Of a DNA stretch of 64,000 nucleotides, positions 49,316 through 60,428 are shown one piece after another (position 1 is the first letter of the stretch; each line of letters begins with the position of its first letter). The stretch lies in NCBI GenBank assembly GCA_902632055.1, contig CACPAS010000002.1, forward strand, positions 2,122-66,121, read 5' to 3'. A program made the position numbers and the translations under genes. The notes beneath the pieces were generated by a model that did no database searches, was not told where the DNA came from, and saw only the letters and a program-made list of their open reading frames with translations. This DNA is from an uncultured OCS116 cluster bacterium (GTDB lineage Bacteria; Pseudomonadota; Alphaproteobacteria; Rhizobiales; TMED25).

Positions 49316-50242
49316 ATGAATCAGCACATAGAAAATTTTATTGAGATGATGTCAGTCGAAAGGGCGGCATCCACAAATACTCTAATTTCTTATAAACATG
49401 ACCTGATTAATTTACTCCGTTATGTAACACGAAAAAAGCTCTCTCTTGAAAAAGTTGAAAACACAATCATGCGCGAGTACTTACGGGAGATTTCGAAAAG
49501 TGGAGTAACCAGCAGCTCATTAGCTAGGCAAATGAGCACAATAAGACAGTTTTATAAATTTTTATTTCAAGAAAATATAATAACTGAAAATCCAATGAAT
49601 GGAATTGATGGTCCCAAACTTGGAAGAACTCTACCCAAATTGGTCAGTGAAAGCTCAATAATAGCAATAGTAGAACACGTGAAAAACTTATTGAGTGATG
49701 AGGGATTAACTCAAAAAAAGAAATTAAGGCATCAGAGATTTCTATCTCAAATTGAAATACTTTATTCAACAGGAATGAGAGTTAGTGAATTATTGTCTAT
49801 AAAGTTATCCGATTTAAATCAGAATAATTATTTTCTAAACGTGATGGGAAAAGGTAGTAAAGAAAGGATAGTTCCACTGACTGAGGAGGCGGTGAACGAA
49901 ACAAGACATTATCTAGATCTTCTCGCCTGCTGTTGCGACTTAGAAAAGGAGCTATATTTATATCCAGGCTCTGGAAAGAATAAATGTCTTTCCCGGCAAT
50001 ATTTTGCCAGTGAATTAAAGGCCTATTCAAAAAAAGCTGGGCTTGACGAAAAAAATATTTCTCCCCACGTATTAAGACATGCTTTTGCTAGTCATTTATT
50101 ATCAAATGGCGCTGATTTACGTTCTGTTCAACAAATGCTTGGACATTCGGATATCTCAACAACACAAATATACACACACATCTTAAATGAAAAGTTAAAG
50201 ACGGCAGTAAAAGAAAACCACCCATTATCAAAAAAAATGTGA
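49316..50242 (+). CDS. xerD: site-specific tyrosine recombinase XerD
   Basis: 308 aa with an N-terminal SAM-like domain and the catalytic R..HxxR..Y pattern (GMRVSEL, HVLRHAFASHL, GHSDISTTQIYTH). Confidence 0.85.
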   Translation: MNQHIENFIEMMSVERAASTNTLISYKHDLINLLRYVTRKKLSLEKVENTIMREYLREISKSGVTSSSLARQMSTIRQFYKFLFQENIITENPMNGIDGPKLGRTLPKLVSESSIIAIVEHVKNLLSDEGLTQKKKLRHQRFLSQIEILYSTGMRVSELLSIKLSDLNQNNYFLNVMGKGSKERIVPLTEEAVNETRHYLDLLACCCDLEKELYLYPGSGKNKCLSRQYFASELKAYSKKAGLDEKNISPHVLRHAFASHLLSNGADLRSVQQMLGHSDISTTQIYTHILNEKLKTAVKENHPLSKKM

Positions 50243-50312
50243 TAAATATATGTTATAGTTACGTTAAACTGTTATATTCAAAATGTAAAAAAAAAGAAAA
50301 GAGCAAATTTCC

Positions 50313-51263
50313 ATGCAGTATCTTGATTTTGAAAAAAATGTAGCCGAGTTGGAGAGCAAGGTAAACGAGTTAAGGCAATTGGCGCCAAGTGATGAAGATT
50401 TATCTATTGATGAAAATATCAAGCAGCTTGAAAAAAAAGCAAGCTTGGCTCTTGAAAAGCTCTATTCAACACTGAGCCCATGGCAGAAAACAAAAGTAGC
50501 GCGTCATCCAGAAAGACCTCATTTTAGAGACTATCTTGAAGGATTATTTGAAGACTTTATCGAGTTAGCTGGTGATAGGAAATACTCAAATGATCATGCA
50601 ATTATAGGAGGCTTAGCCAAATTTGGTGACGTCAACGTTATGGTCATCGGCCACGAAAAAGGTTCGAATACAGCGGAAAGAATAAAACATAATTTTGGTA
50701 TGGCGGGTCCTGAAGGTTACAGAAAAGCGGAGCGTTTGATGAGCCTTGCCGATCGATTTAATATCCCTATAATCACATTTGTAGATACTGCAGGTGCCTA
50801 TCCGGGTGTTGGGGCTGAAGAACGAGGTCAGTCGGAGGCCATAGCAAGGTCCACCCAAACATGTCTAAATGTAGGCGTGCCACTAATATCAGTCATTATT
50901 GGTGAGGGAGGCTCGGGTGGTGCGGTCGCAATAGCAACAGCGAATAGGGTAATTATGTTAGAGCACTCAATCTATACGGTTGCTTCACCAGAAGCCTCTG
51001 CCTCGATCTTGTGGAGGGACTCGGGAAAGGCGAGCGAAGCAGCGAATAGCATGAAAATAACTGCTCAAGATCTGATAGAATTGAAAATTATTGATGAAAT
51101 TGTCGCAGAACCTGTTGGCGGCGCGCATCGCAATCATGAAAAGATCTTAAGAGATGTTGAAGCGGCAATATCTAAGCATCTGCTAGATATTAACATATTA
51201 GATAGAAAAATAATAATTCAAGATAGACGGGATAAGTTTTTATCAATTAGTCGTGATTTTTAG
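50313..51263 (+). CDS. accA: acetyl-CoA carboxylase carboxyltransferase alpha subunit
   Basis: 316 aa with [31 protein letters not shown]. Confidence 0.95.
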   Translation: MQYLDFEKNVAELESKVNELRQLAPSDEDLSIDENIKQLEKKASLALEKLYSTLSPWQKTKVARHPERPHFRDYLEGLFEDFIELAGDRKYSNDHAIIGGLAKFGDVNVMVIGHEKGSNTAERIKHNFGMAGPEGYRKAERLMSLADRFNIPIITFVDTAGAYPGVGAEERGQSEAIARSTQTCLNVGVPLISVIIGEGGSGGAVAIATANRVIMLEHSIYTVASPEASASILWRDSGKASEAANSMKITAQDLIELKIIDEIVAEPVGGAHRNHEKILRDVEAAISKHLLDINILDRKIIIQDRRDKFLSISRDF

Positions 51264-53995
51264 CTAGTGGAACTGCCGTGGCAGTGTTTAAATTTTCTTC
51301 CACTTCCGCATGGGCACTGGGCATTTCTGCCAACTTTCCCAAATGTTTTTGGATCTAAAATGTTTGGTTTTGTCTGTGATGGAGCCAATTTTTGTTGATC
51401 TTGACTTTTCTCTTTGCCCTTTTTAGTCCGTGAGTCAGAACTATCATCTGATTTTTTTTCAAGATTCTCCTTTTGAACAATTTCTACTCTTATTAGGTGG
51501 GCTGTGACTTGTTCTCTTAGTCTTATCAATAGGCTTTGAAAAAGCTCGAAGCTTTCAGTTTTATACTCGTTTAATGGATCCCTTTGCCCGTAACCTCTGA
51601 GTGAGACTGATGTTCTTAAGTGTTCCAGTCTTGACAAGTGCTCGCGCCATAAAATATCTAGTACTTGCAATAGTACTGTTTTTTCGATTTTACGAATAAC
51701 TTCTTCACCGTATTTTTTCTCTTTAATTGTCATTATCTGATCAATTATTTTTTTTAAACGTGTGATTATTTCGTCTTCTGCAATACCTTCTTCTTCAGCC
51801 CATTGATCAACGGGGGCGTCAATTAGTAGATTCGTCTTAATCTTATTCCTAAGTGCTTGCGTATCCCATTGTTCCGGATATGAATTCTCAGGAATATATT
51901 CATTGACAAGATCTTCGATGTACTCGTAGCGCATATCTATAATTGTTTCTGAAGCCTCCTTATCATCCATCAGATCTTTACGCTGTTCGAAAACAACTTT
52001 TCTTTGATCATTCATAACGTCATCAAATTGCAGGATACTTTTTCTTATATCAAAATTTCTTGACTCAATTTTTGTTTGAGCCTTTTCCAAGGCTTTATTA
52101 ATCCATGGGTGCACAATCGGTTCACCATCTTTGAGACCAAATTTTTTTAGTAACGACTCCATATCTTCGGATCCAAAAATTCTCATGAGGTCATCCTGTA
52201 AACTGAGATAAAATTTGGATTTTCCGGGGTCTCCCTGTCTTCCCGATCTGCCCCTTAATTGATTATCTATTCTTCGACTCTCATGTCTTTCGGTTCCAAT
52301 TACATATAGTCCACCTGCCTCTATCACTTTTTGTTTTTCATCAGATATTCTATCTCTCAAAGCTGAAATTTTTTTATCAACATTACTTTTTGATTTATCT
52401 AATAATTTTAATTCTGCTTCAAAATTACCGCCAAGCTGTATATCAGTTCCTCTTCCGGCCATATTTGTCGCAATAGTGATTGCACCAAGTCTACCAGCCT
52501 GTTCGATAATTTTTGCTTCTTGCTCATGATATTTGGCATTTAGAACTGAAAAAGTGTTTTTTTCGATTTTAGTACTTTCATTTTCTTTGTAGTTAGCGCG
52601 CTTGAAACCTAATTTTTCAAGCATGGTGGCGATTTCTTCTGATTTTTCTATTGATGTCGTGCCAACAAGAATTGGCTGCAGATTTGAATTACACTCCTTT
52701 ATCTCCTTGATAATGGCATCGTACTTTTCTTCAATTGTCATATAAATTTCGTCATTCTCATCTACACGGTTGACTGCTTCATTTGTTGGTACTTCCAATA
52801 CAGGTAGTCCATAAATATCCATAAACTCTTCAGCTTCAGTTGATGCTGTTCCAGTCATACCACCCAATTTTTCATATAATCTAAAATAATTTTGGAATGT
52901 TACTGATGCTAGGGTTTGATTCTCAGCTTGAATTTGACAGTTTTCTTTTGCCTCAATTGCTTGATGCAAGCCGTCTGAATATCTCCTCCCTTCCATCATT
53001 CTGCCAGTAAACTCATCAATAATAATTACCTTCCCGTCTTTGACTATGTAATCTTTATTTTTTACAAAAAGCTTGTGAGCTCTGGCTGCCTGATTTATGT
53101 GGTGTATTATGGAAATATTTTCTATGTCAAAAAGTGATTGACCCGTCAGAATTCCATTCGTTCTCAGCAACTCTTCGGCATGTTCAATTCCATTATCAGA
53201 GAGATTAATGGACTTTGTTTTTTCATCAATTTCATAATCTTCGTCCACCAAAAGTGGCATTAATTTATTTATTGAGTTATACATTTCAGACTTAACTTCG
53301 GAGGGGCCAGATATTATGAGGGGCGTTCTAGCTTCATCGATTAAAATCGAGTCAACCTCATCGACAATCCCAAAATTATGCCCTCTTTGAACCATACTTT
53401 CAAAATCATGCTTCATATTATCTCTGAGGTAATCAAAGCCAAATTCATTATTTGTGCCATAAGTAATGTCTGCATTATAGGCAATTTTTCTTTCTGTATC
53501 TGCCATGTCATTCTGAAGGCATCCAACATCTAATCCTAGAAACTTATAAATTTGACCCATCCATTCTGAGTCTCTCTTTGCCAAATAATCATTAACAGTA
53601 ATTACGTGAACACCCTTGCCGGTTAGCGAATTTAGATAGACGGGAAGTGTCGAAACCAGAGTTTTACCTTCACCGGTTTTCATTTCGCTAATTCCTCCGT
53701 CATTAAGTACCATTCCACCAATTAACTGTACGTCATAATGTCTCTGTCCCAATGTCCTCTTTGATGCTTCACGAACTACTGTGAATGCCTCAACTAATAA
53801 ATCGGAGAGTTGAGATCCATTTGATATTCTATCTCTAAACTCTGTGGTTTTTTTCCTTAAATCTTCATCTTTGAGGGAGGAGTATTCATTCTCAAGCCGA
53901 TTAATTAATGAAACTTGGTCTTCATAGAATTTATATTTCTTTTTGATGGGCTTGTTAAACAAGCTGTTTGTAATTTTTTTTAAATCAATCATCAA
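51260..53995 (-). CDS. secA: preprotein translocase ATPase SecA
   Basis: 911 aa with [28 protein letters not shown], and a C-terminal zinc motif [14 protein letters not shown]. Confidence 0.97.
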   Translation of the reverse strand: MMIDLKKITNSLFNKPIKKKYKFYEDQVSLINRLENEYSSLKDEDLRKKTTEFRDRISNGSQLSDLLVEAFTVVREASKRTLGQRHYDVQLIGGMVLNDGGISEMKTGEGKTLVSTLPVYLNSLTGKGVHVITVNDYLAKRDSEWMGQIYKFLGLDVGCLQNDMADTERKIAYNADITYGTNNEFGFDYLRDNMKHDFESMVQRGHNFGIVDEVDSILIDEARTPLIISGPSEVKSEMYNSINKLMPLLVDEDYEIDEKTKSINLSDNGIEHAEELLRTNGILTGQSLFDIENISIIHHINQAARAHKLFVKNKDYIVKDGKVIIIDEFTGRMMEGRRYSDGLHQAIEAKENCQIQAENQTLASVTFQNYFRLYEKLGGMTGTASTEAEEFMDIYGLPVLEVPTNEAVNRVDENDEIYMTIEEKYDAIIKEIKECNSNLQPILVGTTSIEKSEEIATMLEKLGFKRANYKENESTKIEKNTFSVLNAKYHEQEAKIIEQAGRLGAITIATNMAGRGTDIQLGGNFEAELKLLDKSKSNVDKKISALRDRISDEKQKVIEAGGLYVIGTERHESRRIDNQLRGRSGRQGDPGKSKFYLSLQDDLMRIFGSEDMESLLKKFGLKDGEPIVHPWINKALEKAQTKIESRNFDIRKSILQFDDVMNDQRKVVFEQRKDLMDDKEASETIIDMRYEYIEDLVNEYIPENSYPEQWDTQALRNKIKTNLLIDAPVDQWAEEEGIAEDEIITRLKKIIDQIMTIKEKKYGEEVIRKIEKTVLLQVLDILWREHLSRLEHLRTSVSLRGYGQRDPLNEYKTESFELFQSLLIRLREQVTAHLIRVEIVQKENLEKKSDDSSDSRTKKGKEKSQDQQKLAPSQTKPNILDPKTFGKVGRNAQCPCGSGRKFKHCHGSSTS

Positions 53996-54189
53996 AAATC
54001 CCTTAGCAATAGTATTTATCTCTATATACTAAACAACTGATTAACAAATAAAATCAATGATTACTGAATAGACATAACTACTTACAATAATTGAATGTAT
54101 AATATATATTAAGATAAAAGTAATTATAAATTAAAAAATTGCAAAATGATCAAGCAGTTTCTTAACTTACTCAGATTTGGATACCTAGT

Positions 54190-55413
54190 ATGAATATTAA
54201 AAAAAAAATCAAAGAAATTAAAAATTTCAAAGATCCAGATTTTTTGGGTCTAAATCTATATACTTTTACTTCAAACGCCCACTACAAAAACAGGAAGGAT
54301 TTATTACTAATTAATTTTGATAAGCCTGTTTCTCAAGCATCATTATACACAAAATCATCGTGCCCATCAGTGCCTGTCGGTTGGGCAAAGAATAATTTGA
54401 AAGATAAGATCAGGGCTATAATTGTGAATTCTGGCAATGCAAATGCGTTCACGGGACGTCGCGGGGAAGCGGATCTTTATCATATTTTAGAGTATGTTGC
54501 CGAGATGCTAAATTGTGAAAAAGAGGAGATAGCCGTTTCATCAACAGGAGTGATAGGTGAATTTTTAAATACAAAATCAATCATTGATGCATTGAGTGGC
54601 ACGAAGTTAAGCAAAGAATCATCATGGTTGGAGGCTGCAGAGGCTATAATGACCACAGATACATTTCCAAAATTATCATTTAAAAATTTTCTTATTGATA
54701 AAAGTGAAATAAATGTTTTGGGTATCGCAAAAGGATCAGGGATGATTGAGCCAAACATGGGAACCATGTTATCTTATATATTTACAGATGCGAACGTAGA
54801 TGGCTCCCTTTTGAAAAGTTTGCTCAGTGACGCAACTAACAATAGCTTTAACTCAATTACGGTTGATGGCGACACTTCAACTAGTGATACTGTAATGCTT
54901 GTATCGACTAATGAAGCCAGCCATGACGTGATAAATAGAGCGGATGATCCCAGAATTAATTTGCTAAAGAACGCCTTGAACGATGTTACAAAAGACTTAG
55001 CAAAACAGATTGTGCATGATGGAGAGGGCGCAACAAAATTTGTTGAAATAATCACAACTGGAGCAAAAAATAGAGATATTGCAATAAATGTTGCTAAATC
55101 GGTTGCAAATTCACCACTTGTTAAAACTGCAATTTACGGCGAAGATCCAAATTGGGGCAGAATAATTGCAGCAATTGGGAAATCCTACGAAGAGATAAAT
55201 TATGAGTCACTTGGATTATTTTTTGGAGAACATATGATAATTTCAAATGGAATGGTCGTTGACAATTATAACGAAGAGATCGTGATGGAATACATGAAAA
55301 AAGATGAAATTCAGATAATTATCAATTTAGGTATGGGGAGCCACGATCATACAGTTTGGACGTGTGATTTCTCACATAAATACATTGATATAAACACTGA
55401 TTACAGATCTTGA
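54190..55413 (+). CDS. argJ: bifunctional ornithine acetyltransferase / N-acetylglutamate synthase ArgJ
   Basis: 407 aa with the autoprocessing region GMIEPNMGTMLSYIFTDA and the C-terminal DINTDYRS. Confidence 0.93.
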   Translation: MNIKKKIKEIKNFKDPDFLGLNLYTFTSNAHYKNRKDLLLINFDKPVSQASLYTKSSCPSVPVGWAKNNLKDKIRAIIVNSGNANAFTGRRGEADLYHILEYVAEMLNCEKEEIAVSSTGVIGEFLNTKSIIDALSGTKLSKESSWLEAAEAIMTTDTFPKLSFKNFLIDKSEINVLGIAKGSGMIEPNMGTMLSYIFTDANVDGSLLKSLLSDATNNSFNSITVDGDTSTSDTVMLVSTNEASHDVINRADDPRINLLKNALNDVTKDLAKQIVHDGEGATKFVEIITTGAKNRDIAINVAKSVANSPLVKTAIYGEDPNWGRIIAAIGKSYEEINYESLGLFFGEHMIISNGMVVDNYNEEIVMEYMKKDEIQIIINLGMGSHDHTVWTCDFSHKYIDINTDYRS

Positions 55414-55419
55414 GGTTTT

Positions 55420-55818
55420 ATGGAAATTAAACTCGTTGTAGCTTGTGCCCTTGTAAATGAAAAGGGGAAAGTCCTAATTAATAAAAGACCCATGGGTAAG
55501 GACTATGCAGGATATTGGGAGTTTCCCGGCGGAAAAGTCGAGAAAAACGAAACACCAGAAGAAGCAATTATTCGTGAGTTGAAGGAAGAAATTAATATTG
55601 ACGTTACAGCTGCTTGCTTGGCCCCATTGTCATTTACAGAGAAAAATTATGAAAAATATTATGTGGTGGTACTGCTTTACATATGCCGCACATGGGAAGG
55701 CCTCATGAAACCTATGGAGAATCAAGAACTAGAATGGGTATTCCCTAATGATATTACAGATTTTAAGGTCCTGCCTGCGGATAAATCCTTTTTTGCAACC
55801 CTTAGGGATCTATTATAA
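55420..55818 (+). CDS. mutT: NUDIX hydrolase (MutT-type 8-oxo-dGTP diphosphatase)
   Basis: 132 aa with the Nudix box GGKVEKNETPEEAIIRELKEEINI. Confidence 0.85.
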   Translation: MEIKLVVACALVNEKGKVLINKRPMGKDYAGYWEFPGGKVEKNETPEEAIIRELKEEINIDVTAACLAPLSFTEKNYEKYYVVVLLYICRTWEGLMKPMENQELEWVFPNDITDFKVLPADKSFFATLRDLL

Positions 55819-55826
55819 GTTTTACC

Positions 55827-56690
55827 TTATTTATTAAAAAAATCACCGAAGTTGATTTTAGCTGACCCTGGCTTTAGTGGTTTTGGCTGGTCTGCATGAT
55901 ACTTCCATCCGGTGAGAGTTAATATTTCAAAAGTTGATATGACTCCATCTTCCTCAGGCGTCATATCTTTCATCAATTCGGATGCCTTATTCCATATATT
56001 TTTAGAAATGTTTGGTTTGTCTATATTAATGTAATTATTTTCGCCCATAGATCTGATTAATGTAACTAATTGAAAAATATCTTTTGAGGTAACCCTGATA
56101 GTTGTATCATCTGCAACGCAAAGTTTAAAGCCTGAGCTTTGTAAGATATCACCAGCTGTTCTGATATCAGCAAATGGATTAATACGTGGGTAAACTTTTT
56201 CTTTGAACTGTTCTTCAGCTCTAAGCAGGCAACTTTTCAGTTCTCTTAATGTTTCTGAACCAAACATACTGCAAAGCATAAGTCCATCTGGCTTCAAAAG
56301 TGCATGCATTTTTTCCAATGAAGTTTTGAGATTATTTGATGTGTGAAGCATTAGGTCGGATAGGATCAAATCAAATGAATTCTCGTGAAAGGGCAAGTTC
56401 TCCTCATCCTCAATCATTATCGCTTTATTGTTTGCTAAGCATATGGGACTGACAATCAATGGATTTTTTATTTGTTTATCTAATAATTTATCTGAGATAA
56501 AATTTTTATTTTTTGTGAGAATCAGAATTGATTTAAAATCTCGATTTATTTCGTCTAATCTCGATAAAAGATCTTGGGCAGTATGATTATAAATTAAGTT
56601 TGGGATATCATAAGTCATCGCTCTTACTCGTGAGCGCCTTAGCTTCTTTCGGTCAAATAATGTTTTATTTTCTTTTTGATCTTCGAACAT
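55827..56690 (-). CDS. class I SAM-dependent methyltransferase
   Basis: 287 aa. It has a methyltransferase-11-like core (FDLILSDLMLH, LKPDGL). The motif I region is atypical. Confidence 0.6.
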   Translation of the reverse strand: MFEDQKENKTLFDRKKLRRSRVRAMTYDIPNLIYNHTAQDLLSRLDEINRDFKSILILTKNKNFISDKLLDKQIKNPLIVSPICLANNKAIMIEDEENLPFHENSFDLILSDLMLHTSNNLKTSLEKMHALLKPDGLMLCSMFGSETLRELKSCLLRAEEQFKEKVYPRINPFADIRTAGDILQSSGFKLCVADDTTIRVTSKDIFQLVTLIRSMGENNYINIDKPNISKNIWNKASELMKDMTPEEDGVISTFEILTLTGWKYHADQPKPLKPGSAKINFGDFFNK

Positions 56691-56767
56691 CTGTTAAATT
56701 AGATTTGTAATATAATGAAACATACCATATTTACATTTAATATTAAAAAAATAGATTTGTATAAAAA

Positions 56768-57040
56768 ATGTCAATGAATATAGAAATATATACGTCAGTA
56801 AACTGCTTCTATTGTGTTGCAGCTAAGAGGTTACTGGACGAAAAAAATATGAAATATGTTGAATATGATGTTTCCAGAGATATTACTCTCAGAGAAAAGA
56901 TGCTTGAAAAAGCTAATGGCTCAAGAACTGTGCCACAAATATTTATAAATGATGTGCACATTGGTGGTTGTGATGAGCTGTATGAAATGGAAAGAAAAGG
57001 CTCCTTAAAAGACATTATTTTAAATAATACAAATGAGTAA
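56768..57040 (+). CDS. grxC: glutaredoxin (GrxC type)
   Basis: 90 aa with IYTSVNCFYCVAAKRLL, TVPQIFI and IGGCDEL. The active site reads CFYC instead of CPYC. Confidence 0.85.
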   Translation: MSMNIEIYTSVNCFYCVAAKRLLDEKNMKYVEYDVSRDITLREKMLEKANGSRTVPQIFINDVHIGGCDELYEMERKGSLKDIILNNTNE

Positions 57041-57857
57041 AAGTCATAATTTTAGAGTCGCTTGCATTCAGATGACGACAGGTACAAGAATATCTGAAAA
57101 TCTCTCTGTGTTGGAGAACAGACTCCATGAAGCAAAAGAAAAAGGTGCAGACTTAATTGTAACGCCGGAACAAACCCTGCTAATGGCAAAGAATAAAGAC
57201 TCTTTATTTGAAAATATCTCATATGCGGATAAAGATTTTGGTTTAAGGGAACTAAGGGTCATTGTCAAAAGGGTGGGTGCATTTGTTATAGTTGGTTCCA
57301 TATCCATTAAATATAATGAGCATTTGGCTCTCAACAGAACATATGCATTCAATCCAGACGGAGATATTATTGGCTTTTATGACAAGATACACATGTTCGA
57401 CGTGTCCTTGAGTGACGGTGAAGAGTATCATGAGTCAAAAATATATCAGCCCGGAAAGAAGCTATCATTGGTGTCACTGCCTTGGTGTGACATTGGACTT
57501 ACAATTTGTTATGACTTAAGATTTCCTGAATTATACAGAAAATTAGCTCAAAAAGGAGCATCTTTAATAGTTGTGCCGTCTGCTTTCACTGTAACAACAG
57601 GAGAAGGGCACTGGCATACACTTCTCAGAGCAAGAGCAATCGAGACAGGCTGTTTTATTCTGGCACCAGCGCAGGTTGGTAAACATGAAAATGGTAGAGT
57701 ATCCTATGGACACACAATAATAATATCTCCATGGGGAGAGATAATTTCTGAAATTAAGGACCAAGAAAGCATCGCTTTTGCTGATATCGATATCACAATG
57801 GTTGAAAATTTTAGAAAAAAAATACCTTCTGTTAACCAAAATAATTATTATATATAG
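57033..57857 (+). CDS. carbon-nitrogen hydrolase (nitrilase superfamily, omega-amidase-like)
   Basis: 274 aa with the Glu-Lys-Cys triad context (VTPEQ, YDKIHMFD, LTICYDLRFPE). Confidence 0.85.
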   Translation: MSKSHNFRVACIQMTTGTRISENLSVLENRLHEAKEKGADLIVTPEQTLLMAKNKDSLFENISYADKDFGLRELRVIVKRVGAFVIVGSISIKYNEHLALNRTYAFNPDGDIIGFYDKIHMFDVSLSDGEEYHESKIYQPGKKLSLVSLPWCDIGLTICYDLRFPELYRKLAQKGASLIVVPSAFTVTTGEGHWHTLLRARAIETGCFILAPAQVGKHENGRVSYGHTIIISPWGEIISEIKDQESIAFADIDITMVENFRKKIPSVNQNNYYI

Positions 57858-57889
57858 ATGAAAGGATATATATAACATGGGTTTCTCGA

Positions 57890-58315
57890 ATGATAAGATA
57901 TGATTTAGTCTGTGAGAATGAGCACTTTTTTGAGTCATGGTTCAAAGACTCAAAGACCTATCAGAAGCAACTAAAAGCTAATGAAATAGTTTGCCCTGAG
58001 TGCAGCAGCTGTAGTATATCGAAATCCTTGATGGCCCCCGGAATACCCAAAAAAACGAATACAAAAAATGGTAATGTCATCGCAAATAGCAGTTCCAGCA
58101 CTCTTAATAATGCCATTCGTAAAATTAGAAATGAAATAAAGAAAAATTCTGAATATGTCGGTGACAAGTTCCCTGAAGAAGCCCGTAAAATTCATTACAA
58201 TGAGGCTGAGATGAGATCAATATACGGAGAAGCTTCAAAAAAAGAAATTACCGATCTGGTAGACGAAGGTATTGACATAATCCAAATTCCTGAAATTCCA
58301 GACGATAAAAATTAG
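57890..58315 (+). CDS. DUF1178 family protein
   Basis: 141 aa. MIRYDLVCENEHFFESWF...CPECSS matches the DUF1178 zinc-ribbon N-terminus. Confidence 0.7.
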   Translation: MIRYDLVCENEHFFESWFKDSKTYQKQLKANEIVCPECSSCSISKSLMAPGIPKKTNTKNGNVIANSSSSTLNNAIRKIRNEIKKNSEYVGDKFPEEARKIHYNEAEMRSIYGEASKKEITDLVDEGIDIIQIPEIPDDKN

Positions 58316-58319
58316 TTTA

Positions 58320-59063
58320 TTATCTTGAAAATGATGTTATGTAGTTAACACTGACGTCTGTTGACTTTTTCCATTTTAACTTAATTGGATCAAATACAAT
58401 GCCTGCGCGCAATATTTCAGATAATCCATGTCTTTCCATCATAAGACTCAAATTACTTGGTGTAATAAATTTATTCCATTCATGCGTTCCTCGTGGAACC
58501 CAATTCAGGATATACTCAGCAGCAAATTTTGCTAGAATCATTGATTTGGTATTTTTATTTATGGTAGATACAAAAATGACTCCATTTTTTTTTAAGTATT
58601 TTAATGCAATCGAGAGAAAATGATTTGTATCATCTATGTGCTCGAGCAGCTCCAATATTAATATTATATCAAACTTACCGTCCTGTTTGACTGACATGTC
58701 CTCAATAGAACAATTTTTGTAATCTATTTTTAAGTTCTCATTTTTTGCATGTTTCTGAGCAACCTTTATTGCGTTCTTATCTGCATCAACACCACAAACA
58801 TGAGCGCCAAGCTTTGCAAAAGGTTCGCTCGATAATCCACCTCCACAACCAATATCTAGTACTCGCAATTTTGCGAGTGGGCTTTTTGCATAGATATCAA
58901 TCTGCTTTTTACTAAAAATTAAATCGAGCATGAATTTTACTCTAATCGGATTGATTTTATGCAGCGTCCCAAATTTCCCGTCCAGATTCCACCAGTCATA
59001 TGATATTTTTGAGAATTTCTCTATTTCTAATTGATCGATAGTTTTATTCATTTCGCGATCCAT
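58320..59063 (-). CDS. ubiG: ubiquinone biosynthesis O-methyltransferase UbiG
   Basis: 247 aa with F..IS..WW...G.F..LH..NP.R, SAM motif VLDIGCGGG, and GTHEW.KFI.P. Confidence 0.9.
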   Translation of the reverse strand: MDREMNKTIDQLEIEKFSKISYDWWNLDGKFGTLHKINPIRVKFMLDLIFSKKQIDIYAKSPLAKLRVLDIGCGGGLSSEPFAKLGAHVCGVDADKNAIKVAQKHAKNENLKIDYKNCSIEDMSVKQDGKFDIILILELLEHIDDTNHFLSIALKYLKKNGVIFVSTINKNTKSMILAKFAAEYILNWVPRGTHEWNKFITPSNLSLMMERHGLSEILRAGIVFDPIKLKWKKSTDVSVNYITSFSR

Positions 59064-59115
59064 AGTTCATCTTGCAGTAAGAATTAAAATATATATTATA
59101 TATTTAAAACACTAA

Positions 59116-60399
59116 ATGATAGAACTCAAGTCAACTATGGATCAAAAATATAAAAAAATTGTCATGAAATTCGGTGGAACGTCAATGGCAGATATTGATT
59201 GTGTATATAAAGTAGCTGATCATATTGAAAGAGAACTCTCAAATGGGAAGTTGGTAGCTGTGGTTGTATCAGCAATGGCTGGTGAAACTGACCGGCTAAT
59301 AGGTTTGGCGGATCAAGTTGGTAATATCGAACTACAATCTGAGAGGGATGTTATAATTTCCAGTGGAGAGCAGGTTAGCTCAGCAATATTATCGATGACA
59401 CTAAACAAGAGAAACATACCTGCAAGATCTATTCAAGGCTGGCAAATACCGCTCATTACAAACAGCATGCATGGATCCGCAAGAATAAGTGACATTAAGT
59501 CAAGCCATCTTGAAAAGCTCATGGAAAAAGGTATCGTCCCTATAATAGCGGGATTCCAGGGTATATCAGAAGAAAATCGAGTGACAACTCTTGGACGGGG
59601 TGGTTCAGACACGACAGCTGTAGCAATTGCTTGCAGTATTGATGCTGATCTGTGTGACATCTACACAGATGTTGATGGTGTTTATACATCCGATCCAAGG
59701 ATAATCCCCGACGCACAGAAGTTGAAACTGGTATCATTTGAAGAAATGCTAGAGATGGCATCTCAAGGAGCTAAAGTGCTCCAGACAAGATCTGTTGAAT
59801 TGGCGATGTCATACAATATGCCTGTAAGAGTTAGGTCAACATTCAGTGAAAATGATTTTGAAAATGTTAAGAATGGCACTAATATAGGGACAATTGTTAC
59901 AAATGAGGAAAAAATATTGGAAGATAAAGTTGTAAGCGGAATTGCATACTCGAAGAGTGAGGCTAAGGTTACTATTCAAAAGTTAGAGGACAAACCAGGT
60001 ATCGCTGCAGAAATTTTCGGCAGTCTCGCAAATGATGGTATAAATGTTGATATGATCGTGCAGAATATATCGGCTGACGGTAAACATACTGACTTAACAT
60101 TCACAGTACAAGAAACCGACTTGAGAGCAGCGAAATTAGTTATTGAGGGTCTAAGTGATAGTATCAAATATGCGAAACTCGAGGACTCAAAAGACATTGC
60201 TAAAGTTTCTATAATTGGTGTTGGTATGCGAAGCCACGCTGGTGTGGCAGCTCAAATGTTTTCTATATTAGCTGAAAAAGGTATAAATATACAAGCCATT
60301 ACAACCTCGGAGATCAAGGTTAGCGTATTGATTGAGCTAGACCATATTGAAAAGGCGATGAGAGCCTTGCACTCAGCTTATGAACTAGATCAAAACTAG
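59116..60399 (+). CDS. lysC: aspartate kinase
   Basis: 427 aa with VMKFGGTS, GRGGSDTTA and two C-terminal ACT domains. An alternative ATG at 59137 is equally plausible. Confidence 0.93.
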   Translation: MIELKSTMDQKYKKIVMKFGGTSMADIDCVYKVADHIERELSNGKLVAVVVSAMAGETDRLIGLADQVGNIELQSERDVIISSGEQVSSAILSMTLNKRNIPARSIQGWQIPLITNSMHGSARISDIKSSHLEKLMEKGIVPIIAGFQGISEENRVTTLGRGGSDTTAVAIACSIDADLCDIYTDVDGVYTSDPRIIPDAQKLKLVSFEEMLEMASQGAKVLQTRSVELAMSYNMPVRVRSTFSENDFENVKNGTNIGTIVTNEEKILEDKVVSGIAYSKSEAKVTIQKLEDKPGIAAEIFGSLANDGINVDMIVQNISADGKHTDLTFTVQETDLRAAKLVIEGLSDSIKYAKLEDSKDIAKVSIIGVGMRSHAGVAAQMFSILAEKGINIQAITTSEIKVSVLIELDHIEKAMRALHSAYELDQN

Positions 60400-60428
60400 A
60401 TCTGAATATCCAAAATTAAGTGTGTAGT

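Noticed and set aside
49316-50242. A tyrosine recombinase that might mark a mobile element.
   Set aside because: Its length, motifs and position next to aroK-aroB and accA fit chromosomal XerD (dimer resolution). No flanking repeats, cargo genes or phage genes are present.
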